Below, piece after piece: positions 25,205-40,022 of a stretch of DNA of 64,000 bases. The first letter of the stretch is position 1. Each line of letters begins with the position of its first letter. The position numbers and the translations under genes were made by a program. Location of the stretch: the NCBI GenBank assembly GCA_051362555.1, contig CM120647.1:19568651-19632650 (forward strand), in the 5' to 3' direction. The notes under the pieces are model-generated. The model did not search any database and was not told the origin of the DNA. It saw only the letters and a program-made list of their open reading frames with translations. The stretch comes from Lingula anatina (lineage: Eukaryota; Animalia; Brachiopoda).

Positions 25205-26295
25205 CTGTGCTTTTGACATTGTTTCCGTAGTAATTGATCAAAGAGTAAAAGCTGCCTCGGTATGTGACAATGAGGGTATGCTGGCACAAAATCCACAACA
25301 TCAGCATTAAAAAAGTAGGACTTTTAAGAATCAGTAACGAGCCTTGTAAGCAAGTGTTAGTGTCTTTTTCTTCTTCTTCGCTTTTAGATTTTTCTACTTC
25401 GCGGACCATGTGTGCACTCCTGTCAACACAGGGTTCCTTGGGATTGACCTCGTCCTCGTTTTGACTGCAAGTTTTATTATCAACATCAAGGTAAGATTCT
25501 GTTTGTGGTCGTGTATTTTCGTCCTCTGGTGTGTATGCTACGTTCACAAAGTGTTGCCCATTAATTTGAACTTCTTTAACCTCATCCTTCGATACAAATT
25601 TATCAACATCAGCTTGGGTGATCTTGCAATCGACATTTGTACTACTTTCTTTGCACGATGTTGACAATTCTTTGGAACTGTTGTATATTTTGCGTATTTT
25701 TAAGCAACAAGCTTTATCAATGTTGTTCCCGTCGTCATCCTGTCTAGGTGGAAGGGTGATTGTGTTGACAGAAGACATTAGAAGCATGATGCCGGTAAAG
25801 GTGAACATGCACACTTTGTAGGACACTCCAGCTTGGTATGTCAACTACAAAAGATTGTGACACTTTTACACATAGTCATTAGTGCAGTAAAGGCAATATT
25901 TAAAATTTGCTTAAGGTCTTCTTCGCCTAGGACTTTTAGGAAAGAACCAGGATAATTGGTTTTGGAAAAAGATTGCCATATAGACTCTACGTCGCTGAGA
26001 TGCTTTTTATATATTTATTGATTATCCATGACCATTTTATGCATTTACAGTTTAAATAAATAATTCAGGCAAATTATCTTACATTTGAAGCTTTTTTTAT
26101 TAACTGTGCCAGTATAGTGGGTCCTGACCCCCTCCTTCGATTTCAAAGAAATAAATCTCACCAATGGTCCACTCTTGAAATAAGAATTTTGTCTGAATGT
26201 ATAATAGTTCTAAATCATACCAAATGGCACCGTTCACCCTCTAAATACCAACATTTAAGAGGCTCTTCACCGGGCCACGAACCCCACGCCAAGTG

Positions 26296-26326
<31 letters not shown>

Positions 26327-28249
26327 CGGCTAAACATCTGCAGTCTCCCCTTAAAATAATCCTGGTTATGTCCCCGTAGTGTTGTTGCCACAATTTCTGA
26401 TGTAGGCTGATGTGTGCATACCAGTGCATGTGCTTGTTTGTGAGCGAGGCTATGTATAGGTCATTTACCTTCAATAAGCTGGGGGCAAAAGCACTGACAC
26501 CAGTAGCACCGGAAACCAAGCAGGTGAGCGTTGCTTGTGCCTTAGGAAATAACGTGGACACCTGGACGTCAGTTATAGCCAACTGGAGACCTCCAAGCAG
26601 GTGAAATAGAGCTCCAGGGAATAACAGCCACTCTGTTCCTATAAGATGAAAACAATTATTATTTGTTTATTGCAAATTTAAATGACAAACATCAAGTCTT
26701 TTTGGTATTTTTAAATATAATGTTTATAGCGCATAAAGGGGCCATTCAGAATAGAAAACCCGAGTACTAACTGATCCGCCGACTGAATATGGGCGACCCC
26801 TCTTCAAAAGCGATGTCTCTATAATTCCATGATGGTCTCCCCATGCACCGTCGATGCAGGAGCCTAGCAATTAAACCTCGGAGCCGAGATTAAATCCGTA
26901 AAGGCGGGGCGACCATCGGGAATCAGCGGTATCGCTTTTTAAGTGTGGTCGGCCATATTTAATCGGCGGATCACTAAGTACTCGGGTCATTTATTCTGAA
27001 TAGGACCAAAGATAATCTCATTCGTTGAACATGAAGGGGCCTATCGGTGCGCTTCGGACCGCCGTTGTATAACCTTCATATATGTCACTACCTTGTCGCC
27101 ATATTTTCCAAGTTCACGACAAAGTTAAGCTCGAACAAAACATTTAACGCTTTATACCTGAATGGTGTTTTTATTTTAATTTCAACAAAATTTACTTTTC
27201 TCTTTATTGAGGTTAATGCGTACAGTGCACCTGTTTAGTGAATGACCTTCACATTGGTCTTTTCAGCGCCAATTACACATTAACCTTATTCTACAGACTG
27301 TGGCAGCACGTTTATTTAATTTAGAAAACTTACTGACTGTATACGTTAGCGTAGGACCTATTTTCAAGTTAGTATATATTCTAGAAAGGTTTCGTTTTGT
27401 ATCCTACCTCTCTCTGCTAACGCCATCAGGAAGAATCCGCCAGCGCAAAGGCATCTTAAAGCAAGAATTAAACAAATCTTACATGTATTGCTTCCAATAT
27501 AATGTCTATTAAAATTGTCGCCTTGTACTCATGAAACGTTTTCATATCATTTCCAAAAATGTTCATAAAGAAAAAGAGGGAGCACAAAAAGTCAATTATA
27601 TAGTTTTCCACTATATCGTGACAGTCAAGTTTAATACACATGGACACGCATAGAAACCCATATAGACCTGACGATGGTCCTGAAAAGAGTAATATTGCAA
27701 TATTGACAGCGAGGCTAAAAAGCTAGTTTTTCGCACCTTTCGCTGACCTGTCAATGTCACGGTCCATTGCTTTAATAGGAAGATCATCTTGAAATAAAAC
27801 GTCATATATTTGTCTATCATAGCTCAGTATCAAACCGAATATAGATAACCAAGAAATAAGAAAAATAATTCAGGCCTGTACCTCTGATTTCAGTATACTT
27901 ACATACATACGATCCTCACACAAACGGTTCCACAGTGATCATAAATATATCCAAGCATGGGGAAAGACACCAAACCAATGATAGCAACGGTGTAAACCAA
28001 GTTCAGCAGCTCTTCTTGCTCAATACACTTTTGAACTCGGGCGTCTTCGGCTGCTTCGTTGGTGCAGTTAATAGTAGCTAGACAATCAGAACCGTTAGTT
28101 ATTGAATCAAAATAACAGCGATCACCGTAAAATCCTTCCTCTACGAATAAGAAAACAAGTGCTGGCCATCCGAAGACGGTGACAGTGTAGAGAGCAGCCT
28201 CTAAGATACCCAGAACGGTACAGAAAAGTTTCCAACACGTGTTTGCCAT
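22874..28249 (-). CDS. SLC43A3: SLC43A3-like transporter, copy C (8 exons, ~569 aa; probable D/B chimera)
   Basis: Exons 28249-27903, 27454-27408, 26638-26469, 25844-25205, 25061-24954, 24576-24408, 23646-23523, 22978-22874; 1710 nt in frame. Exon 7 reads FSKEH instead of FPKEH. Confidence 0.85.
26297..26326. repeat. poly-G tract (~30 nt), shorter (~13 nt) at the homologous site in D
   Basis: Direct observation. Confidence 0.85.
26738..27007. mobile_element. Foldback MITE with long imperfect inverted arms in intron 2 of copy C
   Basis: attcagaata..ccgagtact..gatccgccga..aaaagcgat mirrored by atcgctttt..tcggcggatc..agtactcgg..tattctgaat; orthologous copy in D. Confidence 0.65.
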
Positions 28250-28561
28250 GTTTGCCGTCTGCTTTCACCGTAGCCCCCTTGTGCCAATAGTTACGCAACA
28301 CCGCCACATAGTTATGCACTAATTACTCCAATAGTTTGAGTCACTAATGTGTTTTGCTTCTTCAGACTTCCAGTAGGAATGACGTAAATATGACATTAAT
28401 TTACAACATTAAATCTCAGCTTTGTCATTAACTGCGCAATGGTTTACAGGTACTCACGAGGAATGCAGTCAAGTTTATAAACGTTGAGTACACTGTAGAA
28501 ATGCTGGTTATAATAAGAGAACGTTTCAAACAAGATGTTGGCGTGCTGGCAAATGCACACG

Positions 28562-28609
<48 letters not shown>

Positions 28610-30659
28610 CAGAGAGAGAGCACAAAACAAAATGAACAGTGTTAAGCATAGAGTTCCTTACCACCCATTCAAAGAATTTAATATAATAATTGTTTGTAAA
28701 GGATGAGTGGCAATAAGAGGGTAAAAGTGCCCACCTTAGTAAATGAAAAATAAATTGTGAATAAATGGAAAAAAATTGATGCCAAATTAAAGTTGGGGTC
28801 TTACACTTTTTTGATACACTTGAAAAAAAATTTTTTTTTTTTGGAATTTGAATTATAAAAAATTAAGGTCAAAATGACCTTGTCAAATATTCATGAAAAT
28901 GTGTCTTTTAGGGGGGTTTTGAAGTACAATGCTACACATCTATAGTAATAGTAAGGTGACAACTGTGAAATTTTGTAATTGGGTACAGAAGGTGCTCGTG
29001 TTAAAAAGAAAGGCAATAAGTGGCCAGTCAATAAGTGTGATCAATATTTTGCTTGCTTTATTCGTACATATAGTGCTGATTGAAAGAAGAATCTCAGAAT
29101 GATTTGAGGATAAAGGATGTTCATTTTTTATATGCGTCCCTGCCTCAGACAAGCTAATTTTTCACGGTTGAAAAGACATGAATATAAGGTGAGATATATG
29201 TGAAAATCAGCTTGGGTTGGGCTTGATATGTACTCAAAATTAATAGGGACATTTTCAGTCCATATGCTAGCAGTCGGCCATGTTTATTCCTGCCATGAGG
29301 TAGCTACTACATGCTTACACAGGATGGTTAGGCAGATACAGTGAATCTTTTGTACAAAAAGAACAACCTCCCCAAAAAAATGTAGGCCTTTGAAAGGAAA
29401 ATAGGGGTTAGGGTCAGTAAAATATTTTCAATTGCAACCAAAATAAGAAAAGTCATTTTCATTTAATGCATGCTATTAAAAAAATGGATAGGAAATAAGA
29501 GTACAAATACAGTAAGTTTATCTTATTTCCATTCTTATTTCTTAGGATTAAGGAAGATTAAATTGAAAGGTGCTTCAGATATTGAAAGTTATATTAATTA
29601 TCATAATCGCAGATGTACATTGTGGTGGCTCCTATTTTTTATAGAGACCCATGTTGTAATAGACATCTACACATAAGGGTGGCTTGACCCAACCCCCTCT
29701 AATGGGCATGGAAGTTCATTTTGTACAGCGAAAATTGTTGTGTAAATATCCCCTTTTTACGTCTATTTTGCATAAAAAGTAAAATAAAAGGCTTTATCAC
29801 ACACCCCCTAGTTTTGTTACTTATGACCTAATCTTCTACACCAGCACTATTCAGAATAGCTTTTTTTCTTTTATTTATCAACAAAATGCTATGAATGGCT
29901 TCATTTGTCAAGGAGATCGGTGAAAACCTATTGACTTGGTAAATAGTCCAAACAAGAGACCAACAGCCTATAATAATTACCAGAAGTTTACCAGATAAAG
30001 CAAGCTAGCCAATATACTGATGAGCATCTGCTAGATGGCCAGTTTGAAATCAGTGTATGCAAGGATGCACCTGATTTAATCTTAGCCAAAATAGTTAATT
30101 AAGGCACACATATAGCCACCAGTACACGTGATGGATTCAGATCTCCCATAGCAAAAGTAGACCCATCAGTGGCTGGTACTGCCAGTGTAAAGCAGGTTCC
30201 AAGACAGTTGGAAGTTGTGCACATATCACTTCAGTCCTGTGGTATATGGGGTTTACCATGAGGCAGGGATACAATCGAAAATTATGTTGTGGAGAAGGCT
30301 GTTTGGATGCCTCGCATTTCCAACATCAAGTGGTGACAGTATTAGCGAGACAGAAAGTTTTTCGGACAGCACATCTGATTAATTATCTATTGTTTCTTAT
30401 ACATTTTCTATTCTCATATTTGTATATTTTGTATAAATAACTCTTGCATTGCATTCTATACAAGGTCTTTATCACATACATAATCATATATGAAGTGCTT
30501 TTTAGGTGATTTTTAGATTATTGACCATAACTGTTATTATGTGTGCTATATTTTAATTCAGTTTTTACTGCTATCTTATCATTATTTTGGTACAATTTAT
30601 ACCTTGTTTATTATATGGTTAATGAAATCATTCCAAATAGCTGTTTAGAGTGCATTTAC

Positions 30660-31120
30660 ACATGCTTTTTTATTTTTTATTGATTTTTCAAACTATTTAT
30701 ATAATTGACCTGAGGTATCTTAGCAAAAGTATAAAAGCGAAAGTCTGTAACTGGGACGCGATCGAGCTGAGAAAAAATACTCGGGGCTGTGGGCAGTTAC
30801 TGGCAGGTTCATTGTTTCACCTGTGGTACTCGTCTCGTCTCTGACTGAAGAAAACCTTCAACCTCAAATCAATACCTTAAATTGGATTAATAACTCTGTC
30901 TCGTACTGACTCTCTTTCTTTATTTCTCTCTTAGACAGTAAAGTTGTTATCTCAAATCCGGGATTGGCAACAACCCTTCTCCCGAAGGTAAAATATTTGG
31001 TTTAAATGTTAGTAAGTGTTTTTGTTTTGAGTTAATATGTCCATTTTCAGGAAATGTCGTATTCAGTTTTCGAACCTGTTCCCACTGACCCCACCAAGAA
31101 ACATTCACCAACACACAATT
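30660..31120 (-). pseudogene. Second E-type relic: intron-2 sequence plus degenerate exon 2
   Basis: 30670-31070 aligns with copy E intron 2 (42010-42880, without the MITE). ~31076-31118 reads CVGECFLVGSVGT, a degenerate exon 2 (E: CAGGFFLVGSAEK) with GT donor, then abuts the 3' flank of copy D. Confidence 0.6.
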
Positions 31121-31774
31121 AGCGGTCAAAATATATAAAAATAAAGTACAATCAGATTTGGAAATGGTTTGAAACGATCTATATTATGTTACTATATCCT
31201 CAGTTAATATATCCTCAGTTAGTGAATGAAATAATAAAAGCGATAACAAAGACTGAATGCAAAACTGCAAAGGACTACCAAACGCATATGACTCTGCAAT
31301 TTAAGCGTTTTCAGAGGCACATCTTCAATCAATGCCACTTTAATCTAGCAGCTAGAGGCCTAGGCATAAGCGCCATTGTCTCAAAAACTGCTTCCCTTAT
31401 ATGTATCAGCGCCAAAAACTGGAGGTTGTAAAACACCTAACATACTTAACATACTTTGAAAGTGTCGTTTATGCGTACAACAGCCTTGATAAAGAATTGA
31501 AGAATCAGTTCTGTTGCTGCAACATCTGGCAAATGCCACTTCTCAGCTGTCAGTGACTTTCTATCTAGTAAAGTCGTATTGCTAGTACTGTCAGGGCTAT
31601 TAAACAACGTAAGCAGTAAGAAACAATTACGTACAGTACAGCTTCTAACAGGGAAAGATATCTCCCAATATATTGTCTTTCTGCAGATACATTGTTGTCC
31701 TGTCGCAATAACAAACTTTCAGCAATACAATAGATACCGCAAGGTCATCACCTGACTCATATTTGGACTGTTAT

Positions 31775-32552
31775 CTAAATACTATAGCTGTTATTCCTCG
31801 TGGAGCGACAACGACGCCAAAGAAGGTAGAAAGGCAGACAGCTGGCGGTGAGACATATTCCCAGGAACAGTACTCCCAACTGCAAAACAAAAACAAATAA
31901 TAATAATAATAATTACTATCTATCACGGAGAGGTGTCCTCATCATATATTTGTAAATGTTCATGTAATTGTGCCATTCTTTATAATTTCATGGAAAAAAT
32001 GTGACCCTGAAAGTTATCAAATTAAAAATGGTCTTAAGTCAACTGTTAGCTGGGCAAAGAAGTCTACATTGCCTCGACTTTTTTCCAAAACTAAAAACCG
32101 AAGCGGTTAAGCTTATAGGAATAAAAGGGATGATAACTCTTCGTATGAGAACTATATTTCACAATAAAAAACATTGGAAACAACTCAAAGAAATATCATA
32201 TATTTTGTTTTATCACAAAAAAAGGCAGTTATAGCTATTATTCTGATATCTGAGCTTGTCATCAGACCACGTGACCTCCATAGATGACTATGCTCTGTAA
32301 TATTCTCTTAAGAGATTATAACATAAAACCAAACTTAAAGATAAAAAACATTGGAAACAACTCAAAGAAATATCATATATTTTGTTTTATCACAAAAAAA
32401 GGCAGTTATAGCTATTATTCTGATATCTGAGCTTGTCATCAGACCACGTGACCTCCATAGATGACTATGCTCTGTAATATTCTCTTAAGAGATTATAACA
32501 TAAAACCAAACTTTTTAGAGAGAGAGAGAGAGAGAAAAAACAAACAAACAAA

Positions 32553-32614
<62 letters not shown>

Positions 32615-33590
32615 AGGAACTAACTTTGAATGTAGACATGAATTCGATACCCATTGGTAAGTATGGGAAAAAATGTTGCTTACTCCAGGAAAGTTAATTT
32701 TTTGGCCAAAGCGAACCGTTATTATCCCTTAAACTTAAGGTCTTAGCTAGTGTATTGGTATGTTACATACTTTTTGGTCTAGAATGTTGTGAGACAAAGG
32801 CTCCTATACCTACCCAGAGAGGGTCACTTTCCAGGCTGTACTTGTACCAAGAGAATATCGGTAATTGAACAAAAGTTAATATATTAGCGACGGAAACTTG
32901 AATTCCGTATGCCTTTCCGATATGTTCCTTCGGAAATCTAAAAAATAAATGATGTGTTGGAAGAGTATGTGTCCAGCAATAATTATCCATGTATATCCTA
33001 GCAAATTTTATCCTAGCAAAAAAAAGTGCCTCCCCTATCATTTAAGTACACTGGTACATGGGGTAGCCATAGTTTAATTTTACTATCACATTGGTAACCG
33101 ATCATCGTGTAAATTGGGGGCGTGAGTGAGCATTTAACTACCTAGAGTAAATTGGATAACTGAAGGATAACAATGCATACAGAATGGTATTATACTATCT
33201 TTGCACCTTGTATGGAATACCATCACTTCACGAACATTACTGAACTTTTTAACGCCACGCACAGACGCGTCATGTTTGTCCTCCAATCCATAGAAAACTA
33301 CACAAAACATTAAAATGTGGTTTTGAATGTGTTTACTATGGATAGTCCATTCATTGTTTATAAAATCAGGCTTTTGAGTGAAATAATATTTTTTAAAAGT
33401 TAAATAAAGAACATTGGATCATAACATGATTTTTGTAGCATTTAAGACATTCCATTAGGTGTGAATTTTTTCTGCTAGGGGAGTGGCATTTTTTCACAAG
33501 GTACCTTAAGCTATCTATAAGTAAAAATATTCTATAACGCCAACTCACATATTCAAATTTCTAAGCATTGATAATTAAAATCGCCTACTT

Positions 33591-33669
<79 letters not shown>

Positions 33670-36600
33670 GGCAATAACCGCAACGCTAATACGAGCAGGT
33701 GCACACATTAACAGAACTAGACACTTAAAGATGCATACAAAGTCAATTTTTTGTCACAAAACCATACAAATGTCAGCATGTAGTTTTAAGTGGTATAACT
33801 AAGATAATTACCAAAAGGCATTGTTTAATTTTACCCGAAAATGATGTTTGAATGGATTTTTCTGCTAGCATTCTATGCTGTGTGTCCATGGGGCAGAATT
33901 GTAGGTCACGAAAGTAGGTTAAATTTCCGACCAAAAATTTAAAGAAATGAGTAGTCTACATACAACTCTTTTATGGCTGGTCAAGTGATCTATTCAGTTT
34001 ATCCATTGGCATGTCAAATTTATTTGAGTTGTATAATAAACTAGTAGAAGTCGTTTACATGTGTTACTGAAAATCCCCGATCCACCGATGCTCGGATTGT
34101 ATGTACCTTTAACGCACATGGTTTATTAACTTACGCAGCGGTTATGAATGCCAAATGAACAGCGTAACTTCCAGTTTTCATCAGAGAGTGACACAAAATG
34201 GCCACAAACTGCATCTCTATAATGGGGATGATACAGGCTATGGAGACGATGGCCCCTGCCAAAACTGTCAGGGCAAATGGAACCATGAAGCATTGTTCTT
34301 TGTCTAAAATATAAAAGTCATAATGATATTTGTACTGTGATAATGAATGATACCTGATTGCGATCTTCAGGGATAGCATCTATATGCATAGTATCATTAT
34401 TTTGTTTTATTTAAGAAGGCTGCGTAGGATTGGGACCATTCGCATGTATACTAAGCTGTTCATATTGAGGAACTTCAATATTTACTTTAGTAGTTTACAG
34501 CATATTTTTTCGCTATTAGCTATTTAGTTTACTTCATCATCATGTTAAGTACCGTCGTTGTTTGTGTTGGCAATAAGTTTATCCAGCATCAAACCAGTCA
34601 GCAAGGCCCAGAACAGAGAACCCACCTGGAGCCAGGAATACACGTCCGTATACGTACTGACTGTAACGTAATTAAGATATCATTAGATGGACAGTTATGA
34701 AAAGTAATACAAATGTTTGCGAGACTGGACCAAAATTCCTTCTTCAGACAAACATTGAAAAAGAAACTAAAGTAATATATATGTAAATGAATTACCTGTG
34801 CTTTTGATATTATTTCCGTAGTAATTGATGATTGAGTAAAAACTGCCTAAGTATGTGACAATGAGGGTTTGTTGGCACAAAAACCACAGCATCAGCATTA
34901 AAAAAGCAGGACGTTTAAGGATCAGTAGCGAGCCTTGAGGAATGCTAGTGTCACTGCCTTTGTCTTCTTCAGCACTTTCAGAGTTTTCTGCGTCGGGGAC
35001 CACGTGCGTACATCCGTCAACACAGGGTTCCTTGGGATTGACATCGTCCTCGTTTTGACTACAAGTGTTATTATCGATATCAAGGTCAGATTCTAGTTGC
35101 GGTCGGGTAATTGCGTCATCTGCTGTGTATGCTGCGCTGCCAAAGCATTGCCCATAATTTTGAAATACATTTTCCTCATTGTCCAATACAATTTCATTAC
35201 TATCAGCTTTGTTGATCTTGTAATCGACATTTGTACCATTTTCTTTGCACAATGTTGACAATTCTATGGAACTGTTGTATATTTTGCGTATCTTTAAGCA
35301 ACAAGCTATGTCAATGTTGTTCCCGTCGTCATCTTGTCTGGGTGGAAGGGTGATTGTGTTGACGGAGGACAGAAGAAGTATGATACTGGTAAAGGTGAAC
35401 ATGCACGCTTTGTATGACACTCCGGCCTGGTAGGCCACCTGGAAAAGATTGTGACACTTTTACACATAGTCATTAGTGCAAAAGGCAATATTCAAAATCT
35501 GCTTAAGGTCTTATTCGCATAGGCCTTTTAAGAAAGAACCAGCTAGGATAATTGGTTTTGAAAAAAGATTGCCATAGATCCTACATCGCTGAGATGCGTT
35601 TTTTATATATTTATTGATTGTTCATGGCGATTTTGTGTATTAACAGTTTTAATAGATAATTTAGGCAAATTATCTTACATTTGAAGCTTTTTTTTTATTA
35701 TCTGTGCCAGTATAGTGGGTCCTGACCCCCTCCTTCGATTTCTAAGAAATAAATCTAACCAATTGTTCACTCTTGAAATAAGAATTTTGTCTGGACATAT
35801 AATAGTTCTACATCATACCAAATGGCACTGTTCACCCTCTAAATACAACGTTTAAGAAGCTCTTTACCGGGCCACGAACCCCACGCCAAGGGGGGGGGGG
35901 GGAGTCTAAACATATGCAGACCCCTTGAAATAATCCTGGTCACTCTCCTGCAGTGCTGCTGCCACAATTGCTGATGTAGGCTGATGCTTGCCTACCTGTG
36001 CATGTGCTTGTTTGTCAGAGAAGCTATGTATAGGTCATTTACCTTTAATAAGCTGGGGGCAAAAGTACTGACACCAATAGCACCGGAAACCAAACAGGTG
36101 AGTGTTGCTTGTGCCTTAGGAAATAACGTGGACACCTGGACGTCAGTTATAGCCAACTGGAGACCTCCAAGCAGGTGAAATAGAGCCCCAGGGAATAACA
36201 GCCATTCTGATCCTATAAGATGAAAACAATTATTATTTCTTTATTGCAAATTTAAATGATAAATATTAAGTCTTTTTGTTTTTTAAATATAATGTTTATA
36301 GCGTGTACAGGGGACATTCAGAATAAAAGATCCGAGTTCTAACTGAACCGCAGACTAAATATGGGTGACCCCTCTTCAAAAGCGATGTCTCTATAATTCC
36401 ACGATGGTCTCCCCATGCACCGTCGATGCAGGAGCCTAGCAATTAAACCTCAGAGACGAGATTAAATCCTTGTAATAATGTGTGTAAAGGAGGGAGACTA
36501 GAGTGAATCAGTGGTATCGCTTTTAAAGTGTGGTCAGTCATATTAATCGGCGCATCAGTTAGTACTCGGATTATCTTTTCCGAATAGGGCCTAAGATAAT

Positions 36601-37860
36601 CTCCTTCGCTGAACATAAGGGATCTATGGGTGCGCTTTGTACCGCCACTGTATATGTAAGTGCCTTGTCGTCATATTTTTCACGACAAAGTTAAGCTCGA
36701 ACAAAACATTTAACGCTCTATGCCTAAATGGTGTTTTTATTTTAATTTCAACAAAATTAACTTTTCTCTTTATTGAGGTTCATGCGTACAGTGCACCTGT
36801 TTAGTGAGTCACCTTCACATATTGGTGTCTTCCCTAATCCCTGGCTTTCTTTTCAGCGCCAATTACACATTAACCTTATTTTACAGACTGTGACAGCACG
36901 TTTTTTTTTTCATTTAGAAAACTTACTGGCTTTATAAGTTGGCATAGGACCTATTTACAAGTTGGTATATATTTTAGAAAAGTCTCGTTTTGTTTCCTAC
37001 CTCTCTCTGCTAACGCCATCAGGAAGAATCCACCAGCGCAAAGGCATCTTAAAGCAAAAATCCAAGGATTAAGCAAATGTTGCATTTACTGCTTCCGATT
37101 TAATGTCTATTAAAATAGCCGCCTTGTTTCCATGAAACGTTTTCATATGATTTCCAAAATGTTCTTAAAGATCAAGAGGGATCACAAAAAGTCAAGTATA
37201 TATTTTTCCACTATAACGTGACAGTCAAGTTAAATACACATGGACACGCAACTCATATAGAAACCCATATAGACTTGACGGTGATCCTGAAAAGATTAGT
37301 ATGGCAATATTGACAGCGAGACTCAAATGCCAGTTTTTTCGAACCTTTAGCTAACCTGTCAATGTCACGTTCCATTGCTTTTATAGGACGATCAGCCTGA
37401 AATAAAACGTCATACATGTGTCTATTATAGCTCAGTGTCAAACCGAATATAGATAACCAAGAAATAAGAAAAATAATTCAGACCTGTAGCTCCTCTGATC
37501 TCAGTATACTTACATACATAGGATCCTCACACAAACGGTTCCACAGTGATCATAAATATATCCAAGCACGGGGAAAGACACCAAACCAATGATAGTAACA
37601 GTGTAAACCAGGTTCAGCAGCTCTTCTTGCTCAGTACATTTTTGAACTCGGGCGTCTTCGGCTGCTTCTTGGGTGCAGTTACTAGTAGCAAGACAATCAG
37701 AGCTGTTAGTTATTGAACCAAAATAACAACGATCACCGTAAAATCCTTCCTCTACGAACATGAAAACAAGTGCTGGCCATCCGAAGACGGTGACAGTGTA
37801 GAGAGCAGCCTCTAAGATACCCAGAACGGTACACAATAGCTTCCAACACGTGTTTGCCAT
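31775..37860 (-). CDS. SLC43A3: SLC43A3-like transporter, copy D (8 exons, ~570 aa)
   Basis: Exons 37860-37514, 37047-37001, 36212-36043, 35438-34796, 34660-34553, 34303-34135, 32937-32814, 31879-31775; 1713 nt in frame. Confidence 0.85.
32121..32733. mobile_element. Same MITE in intron 7 of copy D, with internal ~177-bp tandem duplication and poly-A expansion
   Basis: 32164-32340 is repeated from 32341; termini match the B copy. Confidence 0.65.
36310..36591. mobile_element. Orthologous foldback MITE in intron 2 of copy D
   Basis: Same position and sequence as 26738-27007. Confidence 0.6.
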
Positions 37861-38175
37861 GTTTGCCGTCTGCTTTCACCGTAGCCCCGTTGTGCCAATA
37901 GTTACGCAACAGCCACCATATAGTTATGCACTAGCTACTCCAATGGTACGAGTCTTTAATGTGTTTTGCTTCTTCAAACTGCCATTAGGAATGACGTGAA
38001 TACAATATTACTTGTAAACATTACACGCCGTCTTTGTCATTAACCGGTTTAATGAATAAGACTTTCGGTGTATGGCAATCGATCTATCATACAAGCCACA
38101 GCGTTCTTACTCACGAGGACTCTCGAAGAATACAACTTAACAAACGTTGAGTACACTGTAGAAATGTTAATTGTA

Positions 38176-38219
<44 letters not shown>

Positions 38220-39145
38220 AAGAAACAAAATGAACAGTGTTAAGCATAGGGTTCCTTACCGCCCATTCAAAGAATTTAATAAAAAGAATGTTTGTAAGTT
38301 TTCTCTACATGAATCATCATGCAATGTCAACAAAGTTAATTCATTTCGATGATATGTTTGATATCTATTGCATCCTATTCTCCCGTTGTACCTGCAATGT
38401 ATACACAAAAATGTATGAGGGTGTGACAGAAGGTTACCTCAAGTTAACACAGACAACTACATAATTAAGATTTATATTATATGTTACGTTTCTTATAGGA
38501 TAAAGTGAATGAAATGATGATAAGAATAAAAAACACTGAAAAAGAAAAGGAAAGCATGCCTTTTATATGCATGTAGGCCTATGTATGTGAAAACATACTC
38601 TTGTCCAACTGGTGCAACGATGATCCAAACAAATGAGCAAAAACTCTCATTATATACCATTTCCAGACGTGCATGTCACACTCCAATGTCATCAGCAAAT
38701 TTGGGGCTAACAGGTACCAGGTGTGCGACATTGTTGATACATACATCATTGGTCAAAAATGTTGTCCCACCCCCATTTCTATGTACTTTTATTTACAAAT
38801 GATCACCTCACAGCTGTAAATAGTTAGAAATAGTGCTTTTTATTACAGATACCATGTCTCACATTATTAATGTTTAAAAAAATACAAAATAGTGGTGAAA
38901 ATAGTCACATTTTACACATTTAGTTAAATGGGACAATATCCCACAAAACAGAATTATGTATTAAATGTTATGGCCTCGGCATGCCCGTTTGCAACCCCAC
39001 AAACGAAATTTGAGTAAAATTGTATGTAAATAATATATTTTGCTGACTCGTCACATCATAAGTTTTAGGATGATGGGTCTTATTGAATATTTGATATATA
39101 TTTTTTATCCCTAAGACCATAACATTTAGTATAGGCAACAATTTG

Positions 39146-39981
39146 CTACATTGTTATTATTGGAAACGCCTTTCCCAAATATTCCTTTGGTAATCTGAAA
39201 TGTAATGGTTGTGATGGAAAATGTGTTAATTACTGTATCATGCTGTTCAAGTTCTACTAAGTTTCTTATCACAAAGTACATCGAGTCATCGTAAATCGTA
39301 GTTCTAAGGGAAAAAACATACATGTATAAACGTTCGAGCATAATTGTAAACTACAATCATCGGTCATTTTCTTTCATTCGTTTCATAAAAAAAAAAAAAA
39401 AAAAAAAAAAACGACGAGACTTAATGTGGGACATAAACGCACAAAGACCGTATCTAACGTTTACCTACATGTATACTAAGAATGCCATATGCACGGCGAA
39501 ACTTCCGGTTTTCAACATAGAGTGAAACAAAATGGCCACAAACTGCATTTCAACAATAGGGACGATACACGAAATGGACACGATGATTCCTGCCAATACT
39601 GTCAGGGCAAATGGAAGCAAGAAGCAATTCTTTTTGTCTGAAATACAACATACAGAATGAATTCTGTACGTGGACCATAAATTGTTGACATCATGGATGG
39701 ATATTGAGTCCATATGACATATCATATTTGTTTTCTGGAAATTTTGCAGCAATAGGCGAGATATTACATTGGAAGTAGGGCAAGGAACTTCTATATTCAT
39801 TCAACTTGTTAACGGTAGTTAAAAGAAAATGGAAAATATTGATCGCAAATTACAACTTAATTAACAAGCAACCAGCATAGGATACACCTCTTAGTGTTTC
39901 AATTGTAAGGTTGACAACATGAATTGTCAATCTCAATTTCTACCCTTATATGCAATACTGCAATTGTACAACCGTATTTAT

Positions 39982-40022
<41 letters not shown>

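Noticed and set aside
28700-30640. 2-kb unique block upstream of copy C, possibly a DNA transposon
   Set aside because: No termini, target duplication or coding motif that I could confirm.
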